A stretch of 37,151 bases of DNA from Nemertoderma westbladi (GCA_032718475.1 JAUCBJ010003818.1:1-37151), one strand, 5' to 3'. Shown: positions 1 to 12,632, numbered from the stretch's first letter. The notes: generated from the letters alone by a model not told the origin. Made by a program: numbers and translations.

Positions 1-157
1 TATATTTTGTATTGAATGAATATATAGTAGGACTGTTGTATAGTTTTTGTGATCTTATTCTAATAAAATTCTAATAAAAATTAAACAATTATTTGAAACC
101 AAAGTAAAGAAAATGATGAATTGTTTATATGTTTTAACATCCATAGTTTGAATTTAA

Positions 158-250
158 ACAGGACCAACTCCATCCAACTCCATAGCAAATGGAGCGGAAA
201 ATGATTTTTCCGCTCCATTTTCTAAAGAGTTGGATCAACTTAAGTCCTGT
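158..250. mobile_element. Tiny palindromic MITE flanked by TTAA
   Basis: ttaa|acaggac ... gtcctgt|ttaa, with a central hairpin aaatggagcggaaaa-tga-ttttccgctccattt. Confidence 0.65.
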
Positions 251-343
251 TTAAATTACTTAATAATTTATAATTTAATTTTTTATAGTTAGAAATTGCT
301 TTTGTATAAGTATAATTATTATTGTGAAATGATTTCATTTATA

Positions 344-603
344 CAGGGTGGTCAAGAAAAAGTAATGTAAAGTGCTATAAAAACTTTTAATTTTTATCAA
401 AACACATCGAAATTTTGTAGTCGGTTATTTCAATGAGCAGTATGTGCCGGAGAATGTGCGCGGCAGTACTAATTTTTTTTACCTTGGATCGGGCTGGTTT
501 TCGGTTGAAAACCTCTATCGGTCTAGCCGTTCTTAAGTTTTTAAAGTAATTATTAAAGTTTTTATTGCACTTTACATGGGTACAGGTTATTTTTACCACC
601 CTG
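344..603. mobile_element. Tc1/mariner-type MITE
   Basis: TA|CAGGGTGG ... CCACCCTG ends, with inner inverted atgtaaagtgc.ataaaaacttt / aaagtttttattgcactttacat. The right TA is not preserved. Confidence 0.7.
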
Positions 604-688
604 GAGTTTATAACTAATTTTATATTTATTTTATTTATATATATTTTTCATATAAGTATTTTTGAAATATCTCCACGGTTGTTGTACC

Positions 689-1016
689 GTGTATTCCATA
701 ATGATTGCCCACCCCCCCCCCCCCCTCCCCCTACCAGCCAAAACTGCCAGACATGTACTTTAGTGTAATATATCATTCGCAAGATAATTTAATTCTGAGC
801 TTGCATGCAAAAATTTAGGGTCCAATACAAAATAATAAAAATTTTATAGGCAATTCTTTAAACCAATCTTACTTTTCAATATTTGTGATTTAATCACAAT
901 TAAAAAAAAATATAATTTAACCAGCGTGAGTCATGCATGTCGGGGATGCATGTCTAAGGTGCATGTCTGGCTGTTTTGGCTGGCCAGGGGGGCGGGGGGG
1001 CAATTAGTAGGATACG
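689..1016. mobile_element. MITE with poly-C/poly-G arms
   Basis: Imperfect inverted arms cgtat..attgccc(C)n..ccagccaaaac.gccagacatg / catgtctggc.gttttggctgg..(G)n gcaatt..atacg. Confidence 0.65.
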
Positions 1017-1570
1017 TTAAATAGTCTGTCCAGGATTTGGAGTCCCAAAATAATAAAACGGAATCCCAAAGGTCGATTACTTAGGGCAGCAGTTGAACCA
1101 GAGCTCCTACATAGGAGTTAATGCTGGGATTAATTCCCCCCGACAAATATTTACCCCGACTGCGGGTGTGTCTTCATGTAAAAAAAAATGATGGGATTAA
1201 TTACAGCTGATGAGAAACCAAATATCAGGATGGCTCTTATAAAAGTTTGCCATTTATTCGAAAAAGCACCCTGTCTCGAATAAACGTCACTCCCAAATAA
1301 GCACAAATGAGACTCATCGAATAACACCTTCCCCACCACCCCCCAATTTGCGCTTTACCACCATTTGGAAATTTATAAACATCAAATAAATACTAAAATG
1401 TGTACTATATAGGTCTTTTTTTACACTGCCTTAGTGTTGTTTCTAGCTTGGATAGTAATTTGTATCATCTATATTATTATGTATACCAGTTTGATAGATT
1501 CGATAAATTTGATAGATTTGGCTAGAGAACAATTAATTTGAAGAAATAATTTCATATACAATATAATTTA

Positions 1571-2227
1571 ATGAATAATAATATTAATCGTGGCAAGCGA
1601 CTTCAACCATATGTCGCACGGAAAGTTTACCCTCTTAGAAGGCGATGTAAAGGTGGCTACAAGGATTTCGCCGCAGATTTGACTCGGCTGAATGAGAAAG
1701 GTATCAGAGAAGAGCTGCATTCATGTGATGGGTCGCATGATATTGAGTTGGGGCACAATAAGGAGGTTGCCAGTGACAGGGATATAGAACTGGAGCACTA
1801 CAAGGAAGGTTCTGGTGATGGGGATATAGAACTGGAGCACTACAAGGAGGGTGCTGGTGGCGGGGATATAGAACTGGAGCACTACAAGGAGGGTTCCGGT
1901 GGCGGGGATATAGAACTGGAGCACTACAAGGAGGGTGCCGGTGGCGTGGATATAGGACTGGAGCACTACAAGGAGGGTGCCGGTGCCGGGGATATAGAAC
2001 TGGAGCACTACAAGGAGGGTGCCGGTGCCGGGGATATAGAACTGGAGCACTACAAGGAGGGTGCTGGTGGCGAGGATATAGAACTGGAGCACTACAAGGA
2101 GGGTTCCGGTGGCGGGGATATAGAACTGGAGCACAACAAGGAGGGTGCCGGTGGCGGGGATATAGAACTGGAGCACTCGAGAAAGAGCACTGGAGAACTG
2201 GAATTTTCTTCTTTTTCAAAAAAGTGA
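1571..2227 (+). CDS. Possible repeat-containing ORF of a transposon-borne gene; function unknown
   Basis: 218-aa ORF with a 56-aa unique N-terminus followed by 14-aa repeats. Its length is largely explained by the repeat. Confidence 0.3.
   Translation: MNNNINRGKRLQPYVARKVYPLRRRCKGGYKDFAADLTRLNEKGIREELHSCDGSHDIELGHNKEVASDRDIELEHYKEGSGDGDIELEHYKEGAGGGDIELEHYKEGSGGGDIELEHYKEGAGGVDIGLEHYKEGAGAGDIELEHYKEGAGAGDIELEHYKEGAGGEDIELEHYKEGSGGGDIELEHNKEGAGGGDIELEHSRKSTGELEFSSFSKK
1778..2180. repeat. 42-bp tandem repeat, about 10 copies (DIELEHYKEGAGGG in ORF 1571..2227)
   Basis: Unit gggatatagaactggagcactacaaggagggtgccggtggcg, with a degenerate copy near 1738. Confidence 0.95.
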
Positions 2228-2278
2228 TGGTTACTTGTTTATTTTGTCATTCAGTATTGTACCTACGTAGAGTCCTAA

Positions 2279-3167
2279 TTAGTATTAGCATTAGTAAAGG
2301 AAAACTAAACAAATCCGCTGGTAAAAAGATGACAGAAATCTCATTAGAAGATGTGTTGTCCGATATAGAGGATGAAGACGAACAGCTTCGAAATGGAGAA
2401 GAGATACCTGATGAAACTGAAGAGGTTACAAGTATAGTTCACAGTATAGATCGCGAGGAAGACGGAAAGATAAATGTAGATGAATATGATGTCCTAAATG
2501 AATTCGAGAGGGAGGTTGGTAATACTAATATAATTGGAATTGGTACACTGTCAGAAAGATTGTATCACTAATAAAAAAAAAAAAAAATTGATAGAAGATT
2601 TAATAGAAAATATTTGAAACTAATACAATATTAACAAATTTAACGATCTCAGTCAGAAGCAATTATTGGTTCTTTAAAAATTTAAAACCAGAAAAAACTT
2701 CACTTCAGTTCAAAAATATTAAAATTTTGAAACCCAGAGGATACCTTAGAAAATCAAATAATATACAGTAGTTTCGCACTTACCATTACAATGATATTAA
2801 GGATGAGTTTTGTTACAGTCTTTCTAATTAGATTCGAATAATCTTATTTTTCTATAAATAGGTTGGGGTTACCAGTGGTGTTGGAGAAGAGAATATATCG
2901 CCTATGTTGAATGATGGTTGCCAAAAAGAGAAGTTGCCTAGGTCTACAAAGAAGCGTAGGGAGAAATCAAAACCGATGGAAAAGCGAAATTGGTCCAAGA
3001 AAGAGTTAAAGACAATAGAGAGGTGCTTTGAGAAAAACCTACTTAATATGACGCCGCCCAAAAAGGAAATAGAGAAAATTCAAAGAGAGCACAGTATTCT
3101 TGGTAGTATCCCATGGCGGCATATTTACCATCAAATATATAACCGAATCAGGAAACGTAAAAGATAA
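2279..3167 (+). pseudogene. 3' remnant of a spliced gene (segments about 2279-2514 and 2862-3167) with an acidic linker and a SANT/Myb-like C-terminus; probably transposon-borne
   Basis: Phase-0 donor GAG|gttggt at 2515 and acceptor ttttctataaatag at 2861 join ORFs 2224..2571 and 2904..3167 in frame. The C-terminus is KRNWSKKE...F...PPKKE...L..IPWRHIYHQIYNRIRK. Confidence 0.5.
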
Positions 3168-3799
3168 ATTAATTAACCATTAACTGTAACTGATAAAAAT
3201 AAATACTGCCTATTATTGTTATTCAAAGTTACCATGTCAGTCACATGAAGTTTAGTATTCGACTCTGAATAATATCAATAAATGTTATTAAGCCATCATA
3301 CTTAACCCTATTAAACCCGGAGGATGTGGGGGGTAATACGACCCGTGGTTTTATCAATTATGTTTCTCAATCAAACAGAGTTCGGAATCTGAACTTACAA
3401 CTTTTCAAAAAAAAAACCTTTTCAAGATATAGAACTTATGAATTGTACCATACCGTCATCTCTATTTTTTGTCCACGGACTTGGGGGGTTCAGAATTCTT
3501 CGGAAAAATGTACTAGAGATTTGAAACTTGTTATTATTCTGGTGTTAAATTTTGGTGTTAGTACCAAATTTGAGCACCAATTGAAAATCATCTGTTCTGA
3601 ATCCAACGGAATGAATAAAAAAAGGAACTGGACATCTCAAAGTGCAAAAAGTAATGGTTACTTGTTTATTTTGTCATACAGTATTGTACCTACGTAGAGT
3701 CCTAAAACGATATTAATAGTAATTCAATGATTTTAAATTGCCTTTTTCATCGTCCCAAAAACAGTTTAACTTTTATATATTTTCATTATGTGATTTTTG

Positions 3800-4181
3800 T
3801 TCATTATAACTGCCAAAATTTTCACACTTAGGTTAGCACTATATTCAATTTACTCTTAAAATATTATACTGCTAACATTTACACAGCGCAGTTAGCACTA
3901 TAGTAACTTTATTTTTATAATATTATACTGCTAACATTTACACACAAAGTTAGCACTATAGAAGATTCTGCCAATATATTGATGCACACATGAGACGCTA
4001 GGGGGCGCATCGCAATTTACACATACACATGTCCGAGTTTGCAAAACCTTTAAAGTGCTAACAGCCAAACTGAAAGCAAATTTGCACCAATCATGTCTTT
4101 AGAATTCATTTGGCAGGTTTGGTTAGCACTTTATGTTAGCACTTTAAAAAAGTTAGCACTTTAGCCTAAAAAGCTGCTGTG
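3800..4181. mobile_element. Right terminus of a CACTA/EnSpm-type element
   Basis: About nine subterminal gttagcact / tgctaac motifs ending in ...aagctgCTGTG|TA (CACAG on the minus strand). The partner end was not found in the window. Confidence 0.5.
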
Positions 4182-4211
4182 TAGTTAGACCTTTAGGGGT
4201 TCTACAAACAC

Positions 4212-4274
4212 CATGCCACGCACACACACACTATGCCACCCACACACACACTATGCCACGCACACACACACTAT
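4212..4274. repeat. 20-bp tandem repeat, about 3 copies
   Basis: Unit atgccac(g/c)cacacacacact. Confidence 0.85.
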
Positions 4275-6552
4275 AAAATTAAGAATGATGTTTGTGTGGG
4301 TGACCTGTGTGTGAGAGGAGCGGTGGCCGTTATGGGCCACCGTACAAACCCAACTCAAACTCGCGTAACCACCCACTGTGCAATGTGTAGCATTCATACA
4401 ACAAGCTGTCTGTGTTTAATGGCCCACTTGCTTCTGTTATACTCTGCCTACGGGTTTGATGGTCTCCTGCTGTTATAACATTCCCTAAACTTGATTTGTT
4501 TGTGTGTAATTAACTCCAGTAGACAGTGAGAATTAAGTTGCAGACTCAGTGACTCAATTTATTTTTAAATTTCAGAATAAAAAAATTATATGCTAAAAAA
4601 TTATTAAACTGAAGATTTATAAATTTTTTATTACATTTATTAAGTATGTATGACTCATAACATATTAACGTTATTTTACATTAAAATATAACCATATAAT
4701 ATAACCAACCAATTTTATAAATTTATTTTAATGTCGCGTATATTTCGCTAATGTTTCTAATGTTTAACTTTAATGTTTTACTAATGTTTAATTCTCTATT
4801 ACATCGTCAACACAATTATTCGCAATACATCCGGGTGTGGCTATACCGGGCAAAGGGGCCAGAGGAAACCTCTGTAATTATAGACAGGGCCATATTTATG
4901 GGAGGGGGGTGGTGTTGCGAGGTCCCATATGCACTAATAATTCTTAATTAACCATTAGATTTTTAAACTGATATGTCTTGTAAGGGACCAATTGACATCA
5001 AACAGACAGACAACAGAGCACCAATTTCCGACAACAATATTCCCAGAATTAAAACTATCTCTACAAACAGACCGAGCCAGTGTGGTTTAGTTAACAACAT
5101 ACATTTAGTAAAGCCCACAAAGGAACTGCGTGATTGACATGTCTTTTATGAGACACACGCAAGCCGGCCTGCCCAGCTTATGTAATTCAACCCATTAACT
5201 CAAGAGCCCAAGCAACAGACAGAGGCCCCTTCCCCATGTGGTGCCTCACTCAACCAGAGTAATTATCCATCCCGTACAGGAAGAGTAATGCTGAGTATGG
5301 CACAGTTGGAAGTCAACCTAACTCAAACCATGGCGCCAGACTCTAGTTTGAGTTAGATTGAGCTGGCTGCATCTTTCTGATTTCTCAACTCTTACCCCAG
5401 TCTTACCTACTGAAATTCTCCGTTGACTATCATTAGTAAAAGGTTTGAGAAATGATACCCAGTTTGAGAAATAATATTCAGAATGAGATAGGGACTGTAT
5501 ATCATTTCGCCAAGAAGAGTAGGCCTATAGTTTAGTTTTTAAGACCAACTATTGGCCGGGCTTCTTTTGTATTCCAAATACAATTAATACAAAATGTTGT
5601 CACAAATGTGATATTTTCAAGTGAAAATTAGACAATTTAGAGTTTAGGTTCGGAAAATCATCTCGCCAGAATTGGCTTGTAATTCGCGCTAAGCTGAGGT
5701 GAGGGCTAAATAAGTTATTATTGTGAACAGCGTATATCTGCACTGCAATGGGAAACAATGTGGTGCCAAAATAAATCAGGGTTATTAGCCACTGTGAAAA
5801 TTTCGAGAGAACCTGAATAATTAATTACTCACTAACTGTAAATAATTAACACCCATCTCGACTTGGCACCACATTATATACTACAGAACATCTGCAGAAC
5901 ATCTGTAGTAACTCAATAATTAAACACACGTTAGTAATAAGAAGTTCGCAATTTCACATTTTAGGAAAGAAATACATTGTACTTGCAATTTTCACCTTAA
6001 TTATACTGTATATTACCGGTTACTGAGGGCATAGGGTTGACTTGTAGCCACTAGTATCGCACCACAAGCAAATACAGTAATTATATCCAATTTCAATAGA
6101 AAAAAATAAAATTTAAACTTGCGTAGGTGCCGAGCGCATATACATCAACAAGGTAAAATGAGAAGGATAATAAAATATCGGAACTACAACAATAAGCAAT
6201 GTACATGTGTACAAATACTGTACATATACGTCCCCTAATGTTATTGTCTGGGTCGGAATTGTCCGTAAGCCTACTCCAAATATTTGGGAGCTGTTTTAGA
6301 TAACGGTTTACCTGGAGAAAGTACGGTGAAAAATCGATTTAATCATAGAATCTCGCAAGTTGTTTTGCTCTTCATTAATACAGTGTCACATACTGTAGGG
6401 TACGCTTGCTCTTCTTTTTCTTATCCATAAGCTGTGTAAATGTAAACAGGTTGCTCAGAATATATTTAGCAAATACGTTGGCCAATAAGAGAGTTTCATA
6501 AATCATGTCCGTAACAATTCACATGACGATGTTAGAAAGATTTCCACATAAT

Positions 6553-6782
6553 TTCGAACCTTCGTCCTGGTCATTCGGACCGTCGTCGTCATGGTATGAT
6601 AAACAACTAATGTTTGTTGCCATTGGCTCATACAAACCTTGTCCTCTATAAAGTACAGTTCTTGGCCGTAGACGAAGGCCCAACACACCCAGGACAAACG
6701 TCCGAATGGGACGAAGGTCCGGAAAAAAAGCGACACAAGCGGCCGCTTTCGTACCTTCGTCTCATTCGGACCTTCGACCCAA
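6553..6782. mobile_element. Degenerate MITE-like cluster of inverted ttcggaccttcgtcc motifs
   Basis: Motif copies at about 6553-6590 and 6748-6780, with reverse-complement copies at about 6670-6723. Confidence 0.45.
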
Positions 6783-7711
6783 TACCATTTCAAAGATCCC
6801 CAAAGTTAAAGATGGTTAAATTTTGAAAAATTTTCATAAAATTTTCACGTAAAATCTGTGCAAAATGAGCTATAGTCTCCATTCCGATCTATTGAGTCTT
6901 GGGAGTCTACAACGGTATTAGTACGCAAAAAACCATATTGGCAATATTAATTGACTAATAGGCCTACACGCTACACGCGTGCAATTTTCTCACTACCTTT
7001 TTCTACCGTGGGGTCAAAATGTCAAATAGGTCTAGCTCAATAATATTATCCTACGTGTCCCTATATCGCTACAGCAACTACAGAACTAACAGTAGATAAT
7101 TAATAAATTGAGTTAAGTAGCCCTTGGTGTGGCATTGGTGTAGTAGACTTACAACAACTATAGGCCTACTGATACAGGCAGGATATTGGGTGGGAATTAA
7201 TGTTTATTTAATTTTGGTTACAAATATATTTGAATTGTTAACTGAAATTGTTTTTCAAAGCGCTGTATTCCTTAAGTGCACTTTAATTGTGTTAACAAAA
7301 GTACACCGCCCTGTTTATGTGTTTTTACGAGAGAGAATACATCCAACAACCTGATTAAACAAGCAGTAATCACTTAAAGCTTTATTTTTTTAAACTTTTC
7401 CTTCCAATTCAAATTTAGGCATTAAATAGATTATCTTCAATATAGGTGGGACATGTTATACATGGTTTGATTGGAAATTAACTCTATCGTTGCCATACTC
7501 GTAAACTAGAAGATTACAGCAAATATTTGTGTTTTGTGAGCCTGGCTTTATTGATATCGGATTAATACTTAATTTTGTCCCCTTCTTATTACAACCGCGT
7601 GTTCGGTTAACAAAGCATGTGATTATTATTCATTATTTTAAACTAGAAGATGGTAATGTTATGATAGAAATAAGGACTATAAAGACCCGTTTCCACGGGG
7701 TGTAAACGTTA

Positions 7712-9107
7712 CGCCGACAGCTGACAACCGACAGCTGACAACCGACAGCTAACAACCGACAGCCGAATACCGACAGCCGATAACCGACAACTGACAGCCG
7801 ACAACCAAATCCGAAAACCATTATTAACGGTAATTAAATAACAACAATAAAAAGAGCAATTTGGTGAAGAAAAATATTAATAAACTGTAATAATAATTTC
7901 TAAACGAATTTGAGCCTTGTGTTCTTTTAAACTCTATACTTATAAAATAAAGTAAGAGTACATTATTTAAGACAATGAACTATCTTTAACACCGATATCA
8001 GATTATTAAATACACTACCAATAATTTAAAGGTCACGCAGGGCCCATGTGAAGAATACAAGACTTTTTGCCGTTATATTTCACTTTGCAGTTACCCCCAT
8101 GTGAAGAATACCAGGTTTTCACCAAAAACACAGGTTACTGAATCTAACCACTGAATCTAACCAAAACAATAAACGAATTAGTATTTGTACAGGTTATAAC
8201 GCCCATGTGAAGAATTACCAGGATTTCACTTTTCGGTCGACTTTTTATTGGAATTTTATATATGAAAATTTTTATTTTTTTTTAATTTATCTTTATTATG
8301 CGCTTATTTCTGTCTTATAACCTGTAGCATATACTAATTCGTTTATTGTTTTGGTTAGATTCAGCCCTTCTGTAACCTGTGTTTCTGGTGAAAACTTGGC
8401 ATTCTTCATATGGGGGTAACTGCAAAGTGAAATATAACGGCAGAAATTCTGGTATTCTTCACATGGGCCGGTTATAAGACAGAAAAAAGCGCCCCTGGTA
8501 ATCCTGGTAGTCTTAACATGGGCGCACGCATGACGATATACTTGAAGAATACTGACTATCCATAACACAGTAATGTTAGAGTACCAGAGTCCTCATCCTT
8601 GCTGGGTAAGCAATAATTTTTATTTTTGCTTTCAATCTTTAGCTACAAGAGTTTAAAAAAAAGTGTTCTCACCGCAGTTATTCTTCTACCTTATAGCTGT
8701 TAGTTGGTACTGCTAGAAAGCTGGCCATGCAAGGATTCCAAATATGTAGCACAACCTGAATTTCGTTGAAAAATAGCTGAGCAGGGCGTTCAAAAGTTCC
8801 ATTGTTTTGCATCAGCGCTAGGCTATTTTATTATATTTAATAAATACACCATATTCTTAAAACAAATACAAATTCTTCATATATAATATAATATACAATA
8901 TATCGACTGTCGGTTGTTGGCTGTCGGTTGTCTGCTGTCGGTTGTTGGCTGTCGGTTGTCTGCTGTCGGTTGTCTGCTGTCGGTTGTTGGCTGTCGACTG
9001 TCAGTTGTCGGCTGTCAGTTGTCGGCTTTGGTTGTCGGCTTTGGTTGTCGGCTGTCGGCTGTCTGTTGTCGGCTGTCTGTTGTCGGTTGACGGCTGTCGG
9101 TTGTCGG
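7712..9107. mobile_element. Composite foldback element: inverted 7-bp microsatellite arms enclosing a second inverted repeat
   Basis: (ccgaca[g/a])n at 7712-7810 and (tgtcgg[t/c])n at 8904-9107. Inner arms 8041-8199 and 8315-8469 carry a recurring cccatgtgaagaatac motif. Confidence 0.65.
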
Positions 9108-11238
9108 TATAAATGTTGAAATCTCATATTTCTGATGGCTCATCAACAATAAGAGTTAATGACGAGAGAAGCTACAACAAAACGGTATCTTAATGTTTGC
9201 AGCGCTAATCAAGTAACATTGATACATACCGGTAGTCTGTAAAGCCCTTATCCAATCACTATACTCGCTTTGCTAGTTCGAGTAAAGTTATATACCGGTA
9301 TGCCAAAATATATAAACGGGGCACGATATAAAGTTGTACTCACTATATTATAGTTAATTCTAATTAATCTTAATTGCAGTTATTAAATAACAAAATCATT
9401 AATGGAACATAGGTCACACGCCTATAGCTAGCCCATAGGTATCATCACAGGATAAAATACCCCCCTACTAATTGTCGGGAGATATTTTTTCGCACAGTAC
9501 CATATTCCTCAGGGGAGAATATTGGCCTAAAGCAATCCCCCCCCCCCCCCCCCCCCCCTCTCCCGGGGAATATTCGACAAACGCATAATACTCCTGGGGG
9601 ATACCCTCACTCGTGTAAACTATCGAACATTTATTAATAATGCTTATAAATAATGCTAATGGCAATTTTAATTAATTCGCGCACCTTAAAACCCTACGAA
9701 ATTACCGTGATGGTAAAATATGACTGATATTATTACATTATTGTAACACTGAGCGCAATGCAGTTTGGGCAAAGTCGGTGGTACATTCCAGTCTAGTTCC
9801 AGTACTTTTAATTAGATTTTAGTTTGTTTTGTATTAGGATTGGTTGGTCACGCAAAAACCACTGTCGAAAAAATAAGAATAAGAAATTACAATATCTTTT
9901 TTTATATATTATCCATATGAATTAGGTATACAGCCAGATACTGAAGTATAATAACGGTTAAATGGTTTAATCAGATTCAGTTACTGTTGTACAATACCTG
10001 GTATCCATGGTTACGATGGACGCCCCATCAACTATTGCCGAAAGAAATTCCCCAAACTGCATAATATCTTTAGACTTAAATGAATTCAGTTAATAAATGT
10101 CGGATATTAATAATCAAAATAATAGCCAAATACAAAATTATTACTTATAAATTATGAAATTATTTTATGAAATTATATAATTATTTATAGCACATGATGG
10201 GAGGTAATCGGATTAAATATTAAAGCAATGAAATAATAGGTTCGGTAACAACGTACAGTATGCGAAACGGAATTGTAAGTCATACAATTTACTTTCACTT
10301 TAAAGCCCATCAAACGAAGGAGCAAAGAAATAGGTCTGCGGTTTTTAGAATATTTTAGGTATAAAACTTTGTCTGCAACACATAATAGCTCCTTGGAGTC
10401 TATCTGAAACATATACCACCATAATATTTAATTTACAATATTTTAAGTACATTTAAACTTCGTTATAATTCCATCTGAAACATCATCACTTAACCGAAAT
10501 CTAAGATAATTATACTGAATTAAATTAATGAACTATATTGAATACCAATCTTATTTACTCAAAGAAATGATACAGTCAGCAGACTACGTGGTTCCAACCA
10601 ATCAATACACCCCAACTTCGTTATCGGTTTATCACTAAAGGCTCAACACACATTAAACGTAAATCAAAATAAACGAAAATTCCAAACTTTCTACGATACA
10701 AAGAAAAAGTTAATCGTAAAATAAATATAATTGATATTATATTACATTTTTTTACGTTTTTAATCGTACGGTATTTTTAGGTATTTGCCAACAATACTCA
10801 ATTATAATTTAGCAAAATAAATTAGTCTGAAAAAACGAATTATAAATGATTTCCTGGGACTAATGTTTCGCCTTATTCAACATAATATACAGTCGACAAT
10901 TACCTAAATAATTACAAAAAGTATATATAATTATTTTACTAATTAATACAATTTTACTACTGTAAATTAATGAGACATTGCGTCCCCTCTTAGGCCTGCA
11001 AAAATAAATAAATTCAAACCAAACAGATTCAAAATATATGACGTCGTAAAATTGTGCTCATCAATAAATTAAGGTTCCATATACAATAACCCTGCAATAT
11101 AATAAATTTAAAACACTATGAGAAGCAGTTAGAGGTACAGAAGATAAATATTGAATATTTCGCAGATTATAACAATCCAGACTCAGACAGATAACGCATA
11201 AATAAATGTTAATCAGCTGTATGACTCGCGTTAACCAA

Positions 11239-11292
11239 CTACGCGCCAACCAATGCCAACACTCCGCGTTTATAATCACCAGAAATCTCGCT
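11239..11292 (-). CDS. Annexin last coding exon: SEISGDYKRGVLALVGA*
   Basis: Acceptor ttttacag in phase 0. Matches the annexin C-terminal consensus xxxSGDYKxxLLxL. TAG at 11241-11239. Confidence 0.93.
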   Translation of the reverse strand, partial: SEISGDYKRGVLALVGA

Positions 11293-11629
11293 CTGTAAAA
11301 TATTGTAAAATTAAACGAATTAGTTGCGGTGGGGAACTCAGGTTTACGTAAATCCAATCTCGGTCTCAGTAATTATTCTCGGAAATTACACGATAATTGA
11401 TCTTATGAATATATCAATAAATTAATTATTGAGGGATGGAGTGACGGTGAAATAAATATATATAAAGTAATAGAACAGTGTGTTATTTATCTCCATAACG
11501 AAAAATATCACCCGACCCTATTGGGGTTCGAACCCGGAACCGAATAACGCTGTACTTTCTTTGAGTGATTGAAAAAAGGCCAACATTATGATATCCAACA
11601 CTCTATAATGAATAAATACATGGTTCATC

Positions 11630-11748
11630 CGTCCTGGTAGCTCAGTTGCCATAGACAGACACACACACCCGGATGATAATAACCGGAAGTTAGATACCTA
11701 GGTAACGGGTTCGAATCCAAATAGGGTCGGCTGATATTTTTCGCTATG
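11630..11748 (+). mobile_element. tRNA-derived SINE-like element (with an inverted partial copy at 11494-11541)
   Basis: A-box-like TAGCTCAGTTG (about 11638) and B-box GGTTCGAATCC (11708). The 3' 48 nt match 11494-11541 in reverse complement. Confidence 0.6.
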
Positions 11749-11917
11749 CATTATCATACTGTTATATTACTTGAATCGTGGCTTAAAAAGGTGGCTTCGT
11801 GGCTTACTCTACACTCAGTATTACTGCGCCATGTTACCTTGCAGCAAGATGTTTGACATTCTCTAATTAAATTCAATTAAATTTTAATATTGATTGATAT
11901 AAATTATTTTTACTCAC

Positions 11918-12099
11918 GGAAATAGCCTGAGACAAGGAAACTTTGTATAGCCGCTGGTATTCCTGTTTCACTAAACCCAAATCCACTTCACACCGACTAA
12001 CGACAATCCGAGACAACGAGTCTTCATCGGTCCCCATTCCCTTCATGGACGCATGGAGGCGCTCCGCAAAGAATTTGGGAGTATTTCGTGCCATTTTAA
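11918..12099 (-). CDS. Annexin exon, repeat 4: (V)KMARNTPKFFAERLHASMKGMGTDEDSLSRIVVSRCEVDLGLVKQEYQRLYKVSLSQAIS
   Basis: Acceptor ttttttgtag, donor TCC|gtgagt. Contains the FAERLxxSMKGxGTD..IVVSRCEVDL motif and overlaps ORF 11873..12094. Confidence 0.95.
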
Positions 12100-12632
12100 C
12101 TACAAAAAACGGTCGGCGTATAAAATAAAGATATGTTTTACATTTTTGTGTTGAAAATTATAAGAAAATGATATCCAATACAAACAAAATACAATTTCAA
12201 ATAGATTGCGCAGGAGCCGGGCGCTTTAATCAACTTTCGTAAAATAGAAGGGATAACCTGTAGGCTGAAGAAAAGCACACGCTACAGGTGGTTACTGGTA
12301 AGGTACCGGTAACGGTATAATTTACGATTTCTAACTAATAAAAAAAATTTGAAAATAAAACGACATATTCGATTCACATAACGTACGTCCGTATTTCACT
12401 CTCAGGCTCTCGTTTCATATTTCACTCACACTTGTTTACGCTCGTTCGTGGGAATATCCCCACTAGCTAGATCCGGCATAAAATACAGTAACTACTTTAT
12501 TTAAATCGAATATTAGTTCTTGAATTTAATTTAATTGAATATTATTACTTGAAGAAAGATATTTATTTTTGTAAACATTATTTTTATTTTGCTATTTGCA
12601 GGGTCACCCACTGCTAAGTGGTAAATATCCTA

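Noticed and set aside
2224-2254. 31-nt mini-intron joining ORF 1571 to ORF 2224
   Set aside because: Splicing it gives the wrong frame and a stop within five codons.
3302-3600. TTAA-CCCT piggyBac-like terminus
   Set aside because: No partner end was found, so an element cannot be delimited.
5313-5361. Hairpin with tggcgcc in the loop (possible primer-binding site or miRNA)
   Set aside because: No LTR pair or retroelement ORF is nearby, and the stem is short.
8837-9127. Gln/Thr- and Cys-rich ORFs (also 7633-7821)
   Set aside because: Translations of a 7-bp microsatellite.
10185-10412. ORF with a phase-0 acceptor as an alternative annexin last exon
   Set aside because: It has no annexin similarity, and the exon at 11239-11292 supplies the canonical C-terminus.
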